From the NCBI GenBank assembly GCA_963555995.3, contig OY821641.1:672001-736000 (forward strand): a stretch of DNA of 64,000 nucleotides, read 5' to 3'. Under the pieces are notes generated by a model. The model worked only from the letters and a program-made list of their open reading frames with translations, searched no databases and was not told the origin of the DNA. Both the position numbers and the translations under genes were made by a program. Source of the stretch: Vicinamibacteria bacterium. Lineage in GTDB: Bacteria > Acidobacteriota > Vicinamibacteria > Marinacidobacterales > Marinacidobacteraceae. Positions 20,283 through 30,327 of the stretch are shown here, in pieces; within the stretch, counting starts at the first letter, position 1; the number at the start of each line of letters is the position of its first letter.

Positions 20283-21140
20283 TCACCGACGTCCCTCCTT
20301 CCCCGCCGGCGCCGCGGCGGGGGATGAGGCCGCCTCTTCCGGGAGGAGGAAGGATCGAGCGATCGTCTCCTGGCGCTCCCGGAAGCTCTGCTCCAGATCC
20401 CGCAGCCGATAGCTGCGGCCACGGATGTCGAGGACCACGCAGCGGTGCAGGAACCGGTCCAGGATCGCGCTCGCCAGCACCGCGTCCCCCGCCAGCACCT
20501 CCGGCCATTCCCGGATCGCCTTGTTCGTCGTGACCAGCACGCTCCCCCGCTCATGCCGGTCGTTGATCAACCGGAACAGTTGACTCGCTTCCTTCGCGTC
20601 CAGGGCTTCGTAGCCCATCTCGTCGATGATCAACAGCGACGCCGACAGATACCGCCGGTTCCCCCGTGGCGTCGTCGACCCCTCATGCCGCTTCAGGGTC
20701 CGCAGCAACTCGTCCAGCCGGTAGAACGCCACCCGGAACCCGTTCTCCAGCGCCCGCATCCCCAGACCCGCCGCCAGGTGCGTCTTCCCCACCCCCGGCG
20801 GGCCCTGCAGCAGAACGTTCTGCCGCTCCCGGATCCAACCGCAGGTGCCCAACAGTTCCACCCGCGTCCGGTCCAGCGTCGGCTGGAAGCCGAAGTCGAA
20901 GTTCCCCAGGGTCCGTCCCAGAGGCAACCCCGCCATCCGCAGCCCCATCTCCAGCCGCCGCTGCCGGCGGAACTCCCTCTCCGTCTCCAGGACCCGAACC
21001 AACAGGCGATGCGCCGGCAGCTCCTCCCGCGCACACTCGGTCAGCAACTCGGACAACCGAGCCGATGCCTCCCGCATCCCGAGCTCTCCCAGGATCCGCC
21101 GCGTCCGGTCCAGGTCCAGGTCCACATCCATACTCACCAT
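20283..21140 (-). CDS. istB: IS21 helper ATPase IstB
   Basis: FDFGFQP, GPPGVGKTHLA, LLIIDEMGY, LFRLINDR, AILDRFLH, GRSYRL; start overlaps the istA end. Confidence 0.95.
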   Translation of the reverse strand: MVSMDVDLDLDRTRRILGELGMREASARLSELLTECAREELPAHRLLVRVLETEREFRRQRRLEMGLRMAGLPLGRTLGNFDFGFQPTLDRTRVELLGTCGWIRERQNVLLQGPPGVGKTHLAAGLGMRALENGFRVAFYRLDELLRTLKRHEGSTTPRGNRRYLSASLLIIDEMGYEALDAKEASQLFRLINDRHERGSVLVTTNKAIREWPEVLAGDAVLASAILDRFLHRCVVLDIRGRSYRLRDLEQSFRERQETIARSFLLPEEAASSPAAAPAGKEGRR

Positions 21141-22387
21141 CGCGCTACCTCCGCCAGCGCCGCATACAGATCCAGGGGACGTTCCTCCGGAGCCATCGCC
21201 CCGATCTCCTCCAGCCGACGCCCCATCCGCCCCAGCGGCGCCGGCGCGATCACCCGACCCGTCGAAGCCCCCTCGTAATGCGACAAGTCGCGCACAAGCA
21301 AGGAGTTGCCCTCTCGGGGATGCTCCGCCACCACCTCCCCGCGATCCAACACCTGCACCCGGCGCGCGCACCGGCGCACCTCCACCCGGGTCCCCACCAG
21401 ACGGAACGGCACCGACCAGCTCCGGCTGTCGAACGCCACCGTGCAGTCCTTCCGCACCGGCCGCAGCCCCACCAGGTCGAACGGCTCCGGCAACCCCGTG
21501 CAGTCCCCCAAATACCCCTGCTCCTCCTCCCAACTCTCCAACACCCCGCGCCCCGTCGCCGGGCTCGTCCGGCGCGACTCCCACTCCAGCAACCGAGCGT
21601 CCGTCCACGCCTGCAACTCCTCCAGGCTCGACCACTCGCTCGTCGGCCCCGGACCCCAACCCCGCAGGTCCAGGATCCCTCGCTCCACCTTCCCCTTCGC
21701 CTCCGGAGACCGCGGCGGACAGGGATCGATGTGAAACCGCGCCTCCTCCGCATACCGCAAATAGGCCCGGTTCACCTCCCCCCAGACCCCCGCGCCGCGC
21801 ACTATCGCCGTCTTCACGTTGTCCATCCGTACCGTCGCCGTCACCCCCTTCAGACGCACAAACGCCTGCCCGTGAACCCACAACCACGACAGCGTGTCCT
21901 TCAACGGGGACCACACCACCGCGCTCTTCCGCGAAAAGCTCAACCGCAGCGCAAACGCACTTACCCCCCGCCGGCCTCCAACCAGCATCCCCGGCGCCTC
22001 CGCCCAGTCCGCCTGCGCCTGCGCCCCCGGCGGCGTCTCCACCCGACGCCGCGCCCGTACCCGGCCCGGACCCAACCGACGACGCAGATACCGCTGCACC
22101 GACCGCAGGCTCCCCACATACCCGTGCTCCGCCACCAAATGCTCGTGCAGCGCCGTCGCGTTCAAGGGCTGACCCCCCGCAAAGTCCGCGCACCACTCCC
22201 GGATCTCCTCCCCAAGCCTCGAAGCGCGCTCAACCTTCCCGCGACCGTCGCGCCTACCCTCCTCGCGACCCAGCTCGTAGCGAACCTGACGCTCGCTCAC
22301 CCGCGCCGCCCGCGCGATCTCACGCCGGGAACAACCACGCTCCGAAAGCGCCCTGATCGTCATCCGAAGCTCCTTGCTGAGTGCCAT
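21134..22387 (-). CDS. istA: IS21 DDE transposase IstA
   Basis: N-terminal HTH, ETPPGAQAQADW, DNVKTA, AKGKVER, and C-terminal WSVP motifs. Confidence 0.95.
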   Translation of the reverse strand: MALSKELRMTIRALSERGCSRREIARAARVSERQVRYELGREEGRRDGRGKVERASRLGEEIREWCADFAGGQPLNATALHEHLVAEHGYVGSLRSVQRYLRRRLGPGRVRARRRVETPPGAQAQADWAEAPGMLVGGRRGVSAFALRLSFSRKSAVVWSPLKDTLSWLWVHGQAFVRLKGVTATVRMDNVKTAIVRGAGVWGEVNRAYLRYAEEARFHIDPCPPRSPEAKGKVERGILDLRGWGPGPTSEWSSLEELQAWTDARLLEWESRRTSPATGRGVLESWEEEQGYLGDCTGLPEPFDLVGLRPVRKDCTVAFDSRSWSVPFRLVGTRVEVRRCARRVQVLDRGEVVAEHPREGNSLLVRDLSHYEGASTGRVIAPAPLGRMGRRLEEIGAMAPEERPLDLYAALAEVARW

Positions 22388-22659
22388 GGCGGTCCCCCTG
22401 AAGCGAGAACCGAAGCCTCAGCCAACGACGCAAACAGGTGACAAAGTTCGTGTCGTTTAAGCCCGATCTTTACCTGTCGTTTGACACATGTCGGGATACG
22501 TGCCGGGAAGAGCGGCGGCGCGCCGGTCCGAGTTCCGGCGGGCGCGGCGCGGAGCGCCGCGGTGCCGGTCTGGAGACCGGCGTTCCAAGCGGGTGGGGTT
22601 GCGGTGGGGTGGTGGCGGTGGGAGCTGGGGTGGAGTTGCGGCGGGAGGGCGGGGATACG

Positions 22660-22693
22660 AAAAAGGCGGGGGCGGCTTGGGCCGCCCCCGCCG
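22660..22693 (-). terminator. Intrinsic terminator of FN3 lipoprotein 1
   Basis: ggcgggggcggc-loop-gccgcccccgcc with a T5 tail on the minus strand; same as 35386-35418. Confidence 0.85.
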
Positions 22694-22722
22694 GGGAAGG
22701 TGCTTGGGTTACCGCGACGCTA

Positions 22723-24975
22723 TCAGCTACTCGGGACCGTGTAGGTGGATGACCTGACGCTGGTGCCGGCGGTGCAAGCGTCGTCGGCGTAAACCTTCAC
22801 GACATGCTTACTACGGAGCGCGAGATTACCCAAAGTGGTTTCGACGCTGGCTTCCGTCTGACTGGAGGTGCAACTTTCGTCGTTGTCTCCCGATTTCACG
22901 CCGTAGGACCAGTTCTTGTTCCACTTCGTGATGCCGACGGTGACGACAACGCTATACGTCGTTGGATCAGAGTTCTCATCCTTCGTTGACGCGAACTTGA
23001 CGGACCCGGAAAGCCCTGACGGCTTTGAAACCGAGAACTCCGAACTGATGGCCCACGGTCCCGCGCCACCACCTACTGGAAGCACGCCTTCCGGATTGTT
23101 GTTGGTCTGGGCGCAGAGGTACACCCGCCGCTGGTAGCCCAGACGCTCGAAGGCGGAGTTGTCCGCCACGGTGACTGTAATTCCGGAAGTGGTATCCGCT
23201 GCGGTAAAGCTGGAGTCGGCCCCGTAGCCAGTCGGGGCATCGCCGGCGCAGTCGGCAACCTTGAGAGCTTTCGCGTCGGGGCTCGTGGAGTGCAGAACCT
23301 TGAACGTAAAGCCCAGGTCGCCTGCTTCATCGACCTTCCGCGGAACTTCATAGTTGTCCCGGGTGTTGATCGTCCACTCTGGAGCCAAACTCTCGTTTGA
23401 GCCTTCGGCGGTGATGCTCTTGCTCGACTCGTACTTGAGGCTCGGCGAAGCGGCCGGTAGCGTCAGAACCTCTATGGCGACAGAAGCATTGTCTCCGTAA
23501 GCGGTTTCCGAATCATTCGTGATCGGGACGGCCCACGCCGATTCACCCGCGGTGTTCGAGTAACGCATACACAGCAGGTATCCCGTGTGGGGCTGAAGGC
23601 GGCTCACTGACCGGGAGAGGTTGTCGAGATCAGTGTCACCGCTGTCCTTCTCGACAACCGCGCCAGCGTTGCAGGCGTTCTGGACCGTCCTCGAAGTCGC
23701 TGCCAGGTCAATACCGATCCTGTCGTCCCTCTCAGGGCGCTCCGGGTCGGCAACGAACCGAATCTCGAAATCGAAGCCCTCTCGGACCGATACATCCGTC
23801 CACTCGATCTCGGTCGTCTTGTTGCCGGAATTCGTTAGCGAGTCGTCGGCTACGTCGGGCTCTTCCGGAGGACTGACTCCCCACGCGAAGGAGGCGGTGG
23901 AGCTGCCTACCTTCCTCACGCACAGCCCGCTCACGGTCGCCGGAGCGGTCGTGGGCACACTCTGGGACGTCGCCGAACCCTGGCTCGTGTAGGCGGTGGC
24001 CGCCAGCCCCGCGCAGGGGTTGTCCTCGCGGATGTCCGTTGCGTCGGTGAGGATCGAGGTCTCGTAGGTAGCGTCGCTCTCCCGGTCCCAGATGAAGACG
24101 ATGTCCGAGTTGTTGCTCGTTCCGCCGTTCTGCCAGCGGACATTCAACTCGCCCATGCCGCCCGAAGCCGGATCGCTGGGCGCCCGGCCGGCCGTGGAGA
24201 GGGAACTGGCGGTCTCGGCCCACTCACTCGTCGCGTGCTTGACGGTATCCGTCGGAATCGCGCGCACCCGGAAGTCGTATTCGGTGCCCTTGGTCAGCCC
24301 GCCGGCGACGCACGTGGTTGTGTCCACCGAGTTGTCGCCGCCGCCGCAGGAGGCATCAGCCCAGTCGCCGCCGGAGGCGCGCTGCTGGACCTCGTAGCTC
24401 TCGGCGTCCTCCACTTCGTCCCAGGTGACGGTGATGGAGTCCTCCTGCGCGCTGCCGGTGCTGATACCGGTCGGCGCGGAGAGCGGGACGGCCGGCGGCG
24501 GGGCCTTGGTGGTGCCCATCACCCCTTCGGTCCACTCGCTCCAGGCCGCGTCGCTGAGCGAGGAACCCGTTCCCGAGCGGACCCGGAAATGCCCGGTCGT
24601 GTTGGCGGGCACATTCTCGACCTTCCTGGAGGTGTTCGGGGCGAGGACGTAGATGGGCGCGGCGGGGTCCGAGAAATCCGCTTTCAGGCTGAACTGGCCC
24701 TCGTATGCGATCACGTCCTCGACCGCGTCCCAGCTCCAGGTGATGGAGTTGGAGGTCGAGTCCGTCACCTTGAGGTTCGCCGGGACGCCGGGGCCGGTCG
24801 GCTCGGGCGCCGGAGGCGGGGCCGGGTCCGGCGGAGGCGGCGTCGGCGTCGGGGTGGTCGGGGCCGGCGCTTCCTCATCGCCGCAGGCCGCAGCGAACAT
24901 GCCGGCGCCGAGGAACAACGCGAGCAAAAGAGCCCATCCGCGAGCGGATGAGAACTTGCCAGTGAACGACTTCAT
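22723..24975 (-). CDS. Fibronectin type III repeat surface lipoprotein 1
   Basis: RBS GGAGGT; lipobox AAAC; Pro tether; FN3 motifs PANLKV...SITWSWDAV, SITVTWDEV...YEVQ...GLTKGTEYDFRVRA. Confidence 0.9.
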   Translation of the reverse strand: MKSFTGKFSSARGWALLLALFLGAGMFAAACGDEEAPAPTTPTPTPPPPDPAPPPAPEPTGPGVPANLKVTDSTSNSITWSWDAVEDVIAYEGQFSLKADFSDPAAPIYVLAPNTSRKVENVPANTTGHFRVRSGTGSSLSDAAWSEWTEGVMGTTKAPPPAVPLSAPTGISTGSAQEDSITVTWDEVEDAESYEVQQRASGGDWADASCGGGDNSVDTTTCVAGGLTKGTEYDFRVRAIPTDTVKHATSEWAETASSLSTAGRAPSDPASGGMGELNVRWQNGGTSNNSDIVFIWDRESDATYETSILTDATDIREDNPCAGLAATAYTSQGSATSQSVPTTAPATVSGLCVRKVGSSTASFAWGVSPPEEPDVADDSLTNSGNKTTEIEWTDVSVREGFDFEIRFVADPERPERDDRIGIDLAATSRTVQNACNAGAVVEKDSGDTDLDNLSRSVSRLQPHTGYLLCMRYSNTAGESAWAVPITNDSETAYGDNASVAIEVLTLPAASPSLKYESSKSITAEGSNESLAPEWTINTRDNYEVPRKVDEAGDLGFTFKVLHSTSPDAKALKVADCAGDAPTGYGADSSFTAADTTSGITVTVADNSAFERLGYQRRVYLCAQTNNNPEGVLPVGGGAGPWAISSEFSVSKPSGLSGSVKFASTKDENSDPTTYSVVVTVGITKWNKNWSYGVKSGDNDESCTSSQTEASVETTLGNLALRSKHVVKVYADDACTAGTSVRSSTYTVPSS

Positions 24976-25161
24976 GCCACCTACCTCCCGGTGCGGCGCC
25001 AACCCGTTCCGGCGCGTTCCCGTTCCGGCGCGCGTCCCGTTACTGACCTGTTGTCACGTTGTTATGGTCCCGTCCCGTTCCCCGCCGGAGCGCCCGGTGC
25101 GGCCCGCCGCCGCCCGTGATGTGATACCCATCCAACACCCCGGAACGGTGCCCCGCCCGCC

Positions 25162-26343
25162 ATGATCCGCCGCCCCTACCGCCTCTCCGCGCGCTTCGTC
25201 GCCACCGTCCGGGAGCCGGGCCGCTACGGGGACGGACGCGGGTCCGGGGGGCTCTCGCTGCTGGTGAAGCGCACCGCCCGCGGCCACCTCGCCAAGTCGT
25301 GGGCGCAGCGCATCCAGGTGGACGGGCGCCCCCGCAACCTCGGCCTCGGCGTCTGGCCCCACGTCAGCCTCGCCGAGGCGCGCCGGAAGTGCGTCCTCAA
25401 CCTCGTGGCCCGCGGCCGGGGCGAGCTGCTGACCGGCCGCCAACGGACCGTCCCCACCTTCGCGGAGGCGGCCGAGACCGTCCTCGCCATCCACGCGGCG
25501 GGGTGGAAGCGCGGCGGCCGGTCCGAGAACGACTGGCGGTGGACGCTCGACAACTACGCGATGCCGAAGCTCGGGCCGCGGCCGGTGGACCGGATCAGCG
25601 CCCGGGACGTGATGGCCGTCCTGCTGCCGATCTGGAACCGGAAGCGGGTCACGGCGCGGAAGGTGCGCCAGCGCATCGGGGCGGTGATGCGCTGGGCGGT
25701 GGCGCAGGGCTACCGGGAGGACAACCCGGCCGGCGACGCCATCGGCGCGGCGCTGCCGAAACAGGGGGTCCGGCCGCGGCATCTCGCGGCGCTCCCCTAC
25801 GCGAAGGTCGCCGGGGCCGTCGCCGCCGTGCGCGGGTCGGGGGCGAGTCTCGCGACCGTGCTGGCGTTCGAGTTCCTGGTGCTGACGGCGTGCCGGAGCG
25901 GCGAGGTGCGCGGCGCGCGCTGGGAGGAGATGGACCTCGAGGCGCGGGAGTGGCGGATTCCGGCGGCGCGGATGAAGACGGACCGCGAGCACCGGGTGCC
26001 GCTCTCCACGCGGGCGCTCGCGCTGCTCGGCGAGGCGCGGGCGCTGGCGGACGGCTCGGGCCTCGTGTTCCCGTCGGCGACGGGCCGGCCGCACGCGCGC
26101 GCGGCCTTCTCGAAGCTGGTCCGGCAACTGGGGATCGAGGCGGTGCCCCACGGGTTCCGGTCGAGCTTCCGGGACTGGGCGGCGGAGTGCACCGACGCGC
26201 CGCGCGAGGTCTGCGAGCTGGCGCTCGCGCACGTGAACACGAACGCCGTCGAGGCCGCCTACCGCCGCACCGACCTCTTCGAGCGCCGCCGCGCCCTCAT
26301 GGACGCCTGGGCAGCGTTCCTCGCCGGGACCCCCGCCCCATAA
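25162..26343 (+). CDS. Tyrosine recombinase/integrase with arm-DNA-binding N-domain (P4 IntA-like)
   Basis: GRYGDG..GLSLLV, TACRSGE, MKT, HGFRSSFRDW, LALAH, AAYRR: full R-K-H-R-H-Y set. Confidence 0.93.
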   Translation: MIRRPYRLSARFVATVREPGRYGDGRGSGGLSLLVKRTARGHLAKSWAQRIQVDGRPRNLGLGVWPHVSLAEARRKCVLNLVARGRGELLTGRQRTVPTFAEAAETVLAIHAAGWKRGGRSENDWRWTLDNYAMPKLGPRPVDRISARDVMAVLLPIWNRKRVTARKVRQRIGAVMRWAVAQGYREDNPAGDAIGAALPKQGVRPRHLAALPYAKVAGAVAAVRGSGASLATVLAFEFLVLTACRSGEVRGARWEEMDLEAREWRIPAARMKTDREHRVPLSTRALALLGEARALADGSGLVFPSATGRPHARAAFSKLVRQLGIEAVPHGFRSSFRDWAAECTDAPREVCELALAHVNTNAVEAAYRRTDLFERRRALMDAWAAFLAGTPAP

Positions 26344-26549
26344 CCGTCCCGACGGCCCGTCTCAAACCCACCCGCTCCCCCGGCGCCGCCGGCTTGGAAC
26401 GCCGGTCTCCAGACCGGCACCGCGGCGCTCCGCGCCGCGCCCGGCGCAACCCCGCTCCGGCGCTCCTGGCGCTCCATCGAAGCGGCGCCCCACGGGTTCC
26501 GGTCGCGCTCCGGGAATCCACGCGTTGCGGAGCGGATGCCCGGGCCGCT

Positions 26550-26978
26550 TCATCCGCCCGCCGGGAGGAAGGGATTCCACACCCGAAGGTCCCCGAATCG
26601 CTGTCCGTCCTGGAGGTCCTCGGTCACGAGTACGGCCGCCCGCGCCTCGAGCGCGGTCTCCACGATCAGCGAATCCCAATAGCTGAGTCTCGAAGCGAAG
26701 CTCCGCTGCATCGCGTTCCGGGCGAGCACCCGATGGATCGGCCATACCTCGAATCTCCCGAACTCGTCGGCGGCCTCGAGCGCCGTTTCGGGAGCGAGGG
26801 GACGGCGAATCTTGCGCGTCGCGACGTGGAAGAACTCGCCCAGGACCTGAACGCTCAGAACGAGGTCCTCGACGCTGTCGGCGATGAGCGTCCGGGCCCG
26901 CGCCTGCTTTTCCGGAAACTCTTCATCGAACAGGTACACCAGGACGTTCGAGTCCAGGAAGCGCCGTTCACCGGTCAT
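26550..26978 (-). CDS. PIN-domain (VapC-like) toxin
   Basis: FLDSNVLVY, QVLGEF, LSYWDSLI, TEDLQDG. Confidence 0.9.
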   Translation of the reverse strand: MTGERRFLDSNVLVYLFDEEFPEKQARARTLIADSVEDLVLSVQVLGEFFHVATRKIRRPLAPETALEAADEFGRFEVWPIHRVLARNAMQRSFASRLSYWDSLIVETALEARAAVLVTEDLQDGQRFGDLRVWNPFLPAGG

Positions 26979-27267
26979 ACAGGTCGTCGCGCTTCCAGTT
27001 CCGGTTGCCGGACGCATCGCGCGTCGTACGGGGCGGAGCCGCGGCGGGACGCGGGACCCTCGACAGACGAATCAGCCGTTCGACGGCGTCGGCGCGCCCC
27101 CAGGCTGCATCCTCGGCGGCCCGCCGCAGGGAACGGCGGCCCTCGGCAAACGCCGCCAGGTGCTCACGCAGCACCGCGTTGACGGACGTGTCCTCCTCGA
27201 TCGCCCGGACGCGGGCTCGTTTGAGGACGCCGGGGTCCACGATGATGGTCAGGTTCACCGAAGCCAC
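26968..27267 (-). CDS. RHH-type antitoxin
   Basis: NLTIIVD..VLKRARVRA..TSVNAVLRE; C-terminal WKRDDLYDR; overlaps the PIN gene start. Confidence 0.85.
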   Translation of the reverse strand: MASVNLTIIVDPGVLKRARVRAIEEDTSVNAVLREHLAAFAEGRRSLRRAAEDAAWGRADAVERLIRLSRVPRPAAAPPRTTRDASGNRNWKRDDLYDR

Positions 27268-27369
27268 GAGAACAGTGTAACACGACTCCCGTGTTCCTGG
27301 ACGGAACCCCTCTTCCCGGCACCAAAACGGCCCCGCCGGCCCGGCCCACCCCCGGGCAGCCCCCGCGGC

Positions 27370-27816
27370 TCAGGAACCGGCCGGTTCGCGGGCGTTCGAA
27401 GCCGGGACCAGGTGCGTCTCGATCAACGTTTCGATGCGCGTCATCCGGTCCGAGAGCTTGCCGATCTGCTTCTGCATGTCCAGAAGTCGAGCGCTGGTCT
27501 CGTTCTGCATGTCCAGAAGTCGGGCGTTGGTCTCGTTCTGCATGTCCAGGAGTTGGCCACTCAGGGCGGTGTACGCGGCGGCGCCGGCCCCGAACACCGC
27601 CGCCAGCAGCACGAACACCCCGGCCAGCACGGCAAGGTGGAGACGCTCCATCCGGCCGAACGGCTCACGGGAAACGCGCGCCGCTCCGGCGAGGCGCCCC
27701 GCCTCCGTGCTCGTCATCGCTCTGCCCCGTTCACCCTCTCGCGCAGTATAGGAGCGGCCCCGCGGCTCCGGCAACGGGACCGCGGTCTGTGTCGTATCGG
27801 TGGTTCGTTCGTGCAT
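27370..27816 (-). CDS. TM + coiled-coil protein, tandem array copy 1
   Basis: GGAGG RBS before MHERTT; TM HLAVLAGVFVLLAAV; 11-residue repeats LLDMQNETNAR. Confidence 0.75.
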   Translation of the reverse strand: MHERTTDTTQTAVPLPEPRGRSYTAREGERGRAMTSTEAGRLAGAARVSREPFGRMERLHLAVLAGVFVLLAAVFGAGAAAYTALSGQLLDMQNETNARLLDMQNETSARLLDMQKQIGKLSDRMTRIETLIETHLVPASNAREPAGS

Positions 27817-28019
27817 GGGGAAGTCCTCCACCATGCACAGACGAGAATCAGCGAATTTTTTCCCACCTGGCGACCAATTGTGGAAAAGTCGAAGCGAAGC
27901 GGCATACGCCGCCGGCCGGGAGCGCCGGTCTTCAGACCGGCACGCGCGGCGCTCCGCGCCGCGCACGGCGCAACCCCACCCGCTCTCACGGCCCCGCCGG
28001 CCCGGACCGCCCCCGCGGC

Positions 28020-28487
28020 TCAGGAACCAGCCGGTTCCCGGGCGTTCGAAGCCGGAACCAGGTGCGTCTCGATCAGCGTTTCGATACGCGTCATCCGGTC
28101 CGAAAGCTTGCCGATCTCCTCGCGCATTTCCGCGCGCAGGTCGCCGATCTCCTCGTGCATCTCTGCGCGGAGACCCCCGATCTCCTCGTGGATGCCGCCG
28201 ATCTGTTCCTGGAGGCCGAGGATCTGGCCGCTCAGGCTGCTGAACGCGATGGCGCCGGCGCTCAGCATCGCCGCCAGCATGACGAACAGCCCGGCCAGCA
28301 GCGTGAGCAGGAGACGCTCCATCCGGCCGAACGGCTCACGGGAAACGCGCGCCGCTCCGGCGAGGCGCCCCGCATCCGTGCTCGTCATCGCTCTGCCCCG
28401 TTCACCCTCTCGCGGAGTATAGGAGCGGCCCCGCGGCTCCGGCAACGGGACCGCGCTCTGTGTCGTATCGGTGGTTCGTTCGTGCAT
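28020..28487 (-). CDS. TM + coiled-coil protein, array copy 2
   Basis: Paralog; TM LLTLLAGLFVMLAAM; EEIGxLRAEMx repeats. Confidence 0.75.
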   Translation of the reverse strand: MHERTTDTTQSAVPLPEPRGRSYTPREGERGRAMTSTDAGRLAGAARVSREPFGRMERLLLTLLAGLFVMLAAMLSAGAIAFSSLSGQILGLQEQIGGIHEEIGGLRAEMHEEIGDLRAEMREEIGKLSDRMTRIETLIETHLVPASNAREPAGS

Positions 28488-28652
28488 GGGGAAGTCCTCC
28501 ACCATGCACAGACGAGAAAAGTCGGAGCGAAGCGGCATACGCCGCCGGCCGGGAGCGCCGGTCTTCAGACCGGCACGCGCGGCGCTCCGCGCCGCGCACG
28601 GCGCAACCCCACCCGCTCTCACGGCCCCGCCGGCCCGGACCGCCCCCGCGGC

Positions 28653-29120
28653 TCAGGAACCGGCCGGTTCGCGGGCGTTCGAAGCCGGGACCAGGTGCGT
28701 CTCGATCAACGTTTCGATACGCGTCATCCGGTCCGAAAGCTTGCCGATCTCCTCGCGCATTTCCGCGCGCAGGTCGCCGATCTCCTCGTGCATCTCTGCG
28801 CGGAGACCCCCGATCTCCTCGTGGATGCCGCCGATCTGTTCCTGGAGGCCGAGGATCTGGCCGCTCAGGCTGCTGAACGCGATGGCGCCGGCGCTCAGCA
28901 TCGCCGCCAGCATGACGAACAGCCCGGCCAGCAGCGTGAGCAGGAGACGCTCCATCCGGCCGAGCGGCTCGCGGGAAACGCGCGCCCGTCCGGCGAGGCG
29001 CCCCGCCTCCGTGCTCGTCATCGCTCTGCCCCGTTCACCCTCTCGCGCAGTATAGGAGCGGCCCCGCGGTTCCGGCAACGGGACCGCGCTCTGTGTCGTA
29101 TCGGTGGTTCGTTCGTGCAT
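28653..29120 (-). CDS. TM + coiled-coil protein, array copy 3
   Basis: Paralog, nearly identical to copy 2. Confidence 0.75.
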   Translation of the reverse strand: MHERTTDTTQSAVPLPEPRGRSYTAREGERGRAMTSTEAGRLAGRARVSREPLGRMERLLLTLLAGLFVMLAAMLSAGAIAFSSLSGQILGLQEQIGGIHEEIGGLRAEMHEEIGDLRAEMREEIGKLSDRMTRIETLIETHLVPASNAREPAGS

Positions 29121-29335
29121 GGGGAAGTCCTCCACCATGCACAGACGAGAATCGGCGAATTTTTTCCCACCTGGCGGCCAATTGTGGAAAAGTCGAAGCG
29201 AAGCGGCATACGCCGCCGGCCGGGAGCGCCGGTCTTCAGACCGGCACGCGCGGCGCTCCGCGCCGCGCACGGCGCGACCCCACCCGCTCTCACGGCCCCG
29301 CCGGCCGGGACCGCCTCCGGGCGGCCCCCCGCGGC

Positions 29336-29749
29336 TCAGGAACCGGCCGGTTCGCGGGCGTTCGAAGCCGGGACCAGGTGCGTCTCGATCAGCGTTTCGA
29401 TACGCGTCATCCGGTCCGAGAGCTTGCCGATCTCCTCGCGCATTTCCGCGCGGAGATCGCCGATCTGTTCCTGGAGGCCGAGGATCTGGCCGCTGAGGCT
29501 GCTGAACGCGATGGCGCCGGCGCTCAGCACCGCCGCCAGCAGGACGAACACCCCGGCCAGCACGGCGAGGTGGAGACGCTCCATCCGGCCGAGCGGCTCG
29601 CGGGAAACGCGCGCCCGTCCGGCGAGGCGCCCCGCCTCCGTGCTCGTCATCGCTCTGCCCCGTTCACCCTCTCCAGGAGTATAGGAGCGGCCCTGCGGTT
29701 CCGGCAACGGGACCGCGGTCTGTGTCGTATCGGTGGTCCGTTCGTGCAT
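29336..29749 (-). CDS. TM + coiled-coil protein, array copy 4
   Basis: Paralog with an 18-aa shorter stalk. Confidence 0.75.
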   Translation of the reverse strand: MHERTTDTTQTAVPLPEPQGRSYTPGEGERGRAMTSTEAGRLAGRARVSREPLGRMERLHLAVLAGVFVLLAAVLSAGAIAFSSLSGQILGLQEQIGDLRAEMREEIGKLSDRMTRIETLIETHLVPASNAREPAGS

Positions 29750-29880
29750 GGGGAAGTCCTCCACCATGCACAGACGAGAAAAGTCGGAGCGAAGCGGCAT
29801 ACGCCGCCGGCCGGGAGCGCCGGTCTTCAGACCGGCACGCGCGGCGCTCCGCGCCGCGCACGGCGCAACCCCACCCGCTC

Positions 29881-30327
29881 TCACGGCCCCGCCGGCCCGG
29901 ACCGCCCCCGCGGCTCAGGAACCGGCCGGTTCGCGGGCGTCGAAGCCGGGACCAGGTGCGTCTCGATCAGCGTCTCGATGCGCGTCATCCGGTCCGAAAG
30001 CTTGCCGATCTCCTCGCGCATTTCCGCGCGGAGATCGCCTATCTGTTCCTGGAGGCCGAGGATCTGGCCGCTGAGGCTGCTGAACGCGATGGCGCCGGCG
30101 CTCAGCACCGCCGCCAGCAGGACGAACACCCCGGCCAGCACGGCGAGGTGGAGACGCTCCATCCGGCCGAGCGGCTCGCGGGAAACGCGCGCCCGTCCGG
30201 CGAGGCGCCCCGCCTCCGTGCCCGTCATCGCTCTGCCCCGTTCACCCTCTCCAGGAGTATAGGAGCGGCCCTGCGGTTCCGGCAACGGGACCGCGGTCTG
30301 TGTCGTATCGGTGGTTCGTTCGTGCAT
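29881..30327 (-). CDS. TM + coiled-coil protein, array copy 5 (C-terminal frameshift)
   Basis: As copy 4, but a 1-bp deletion near 29940 (gggcgtcgaa vs gggcgttcgaa) changes the tail. Confidence 0.7.
   Translation of the reverse strand: MHERTTDTTQTAVPLPEPQGRSYTPGEGERGRAMTGTEAGRLAGRARVSREPLGRMERLHLAVLAGVFVLLAAVLSAGAIAFSSLSGQILGLQEQIGDLRAEMREEIGKLSDRMTRIETLIETHLVPASTPANRPVPEPRGRSGPAGP

Larger units (their letters stand above)
20158..22486 (-). mobile_element. Complete IS21-family insertion sequence (2329 bp) with 5-bp target duplication CATGT
   Basis: Ends TGTCAAGCGACACC...TAAACGACAC...CTTTGTCACC and (reverse complement) TGTCAAACGACAGG...TAAACGACAC...CTTTGTCACC; CATGT at 20153-20157 and 22487-22491; contains istA and istB. 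Confidence 0.95.

Noticed and set aside
21141-22196. N-terminal extension of the 637-aa ORF 20283-22196
   Set aside because: Gly-rich alternative frame overlapping istA; IstB homology begins at 21140
25162-26343. Integron integrase IntI with attC cassettes
   Set aside because: The protein has an arm-binding N-domain of phage-integrase type, and I saw no IntI-specific insertion or consistent RYYYAAC/GTTRRRY ends on the repeats
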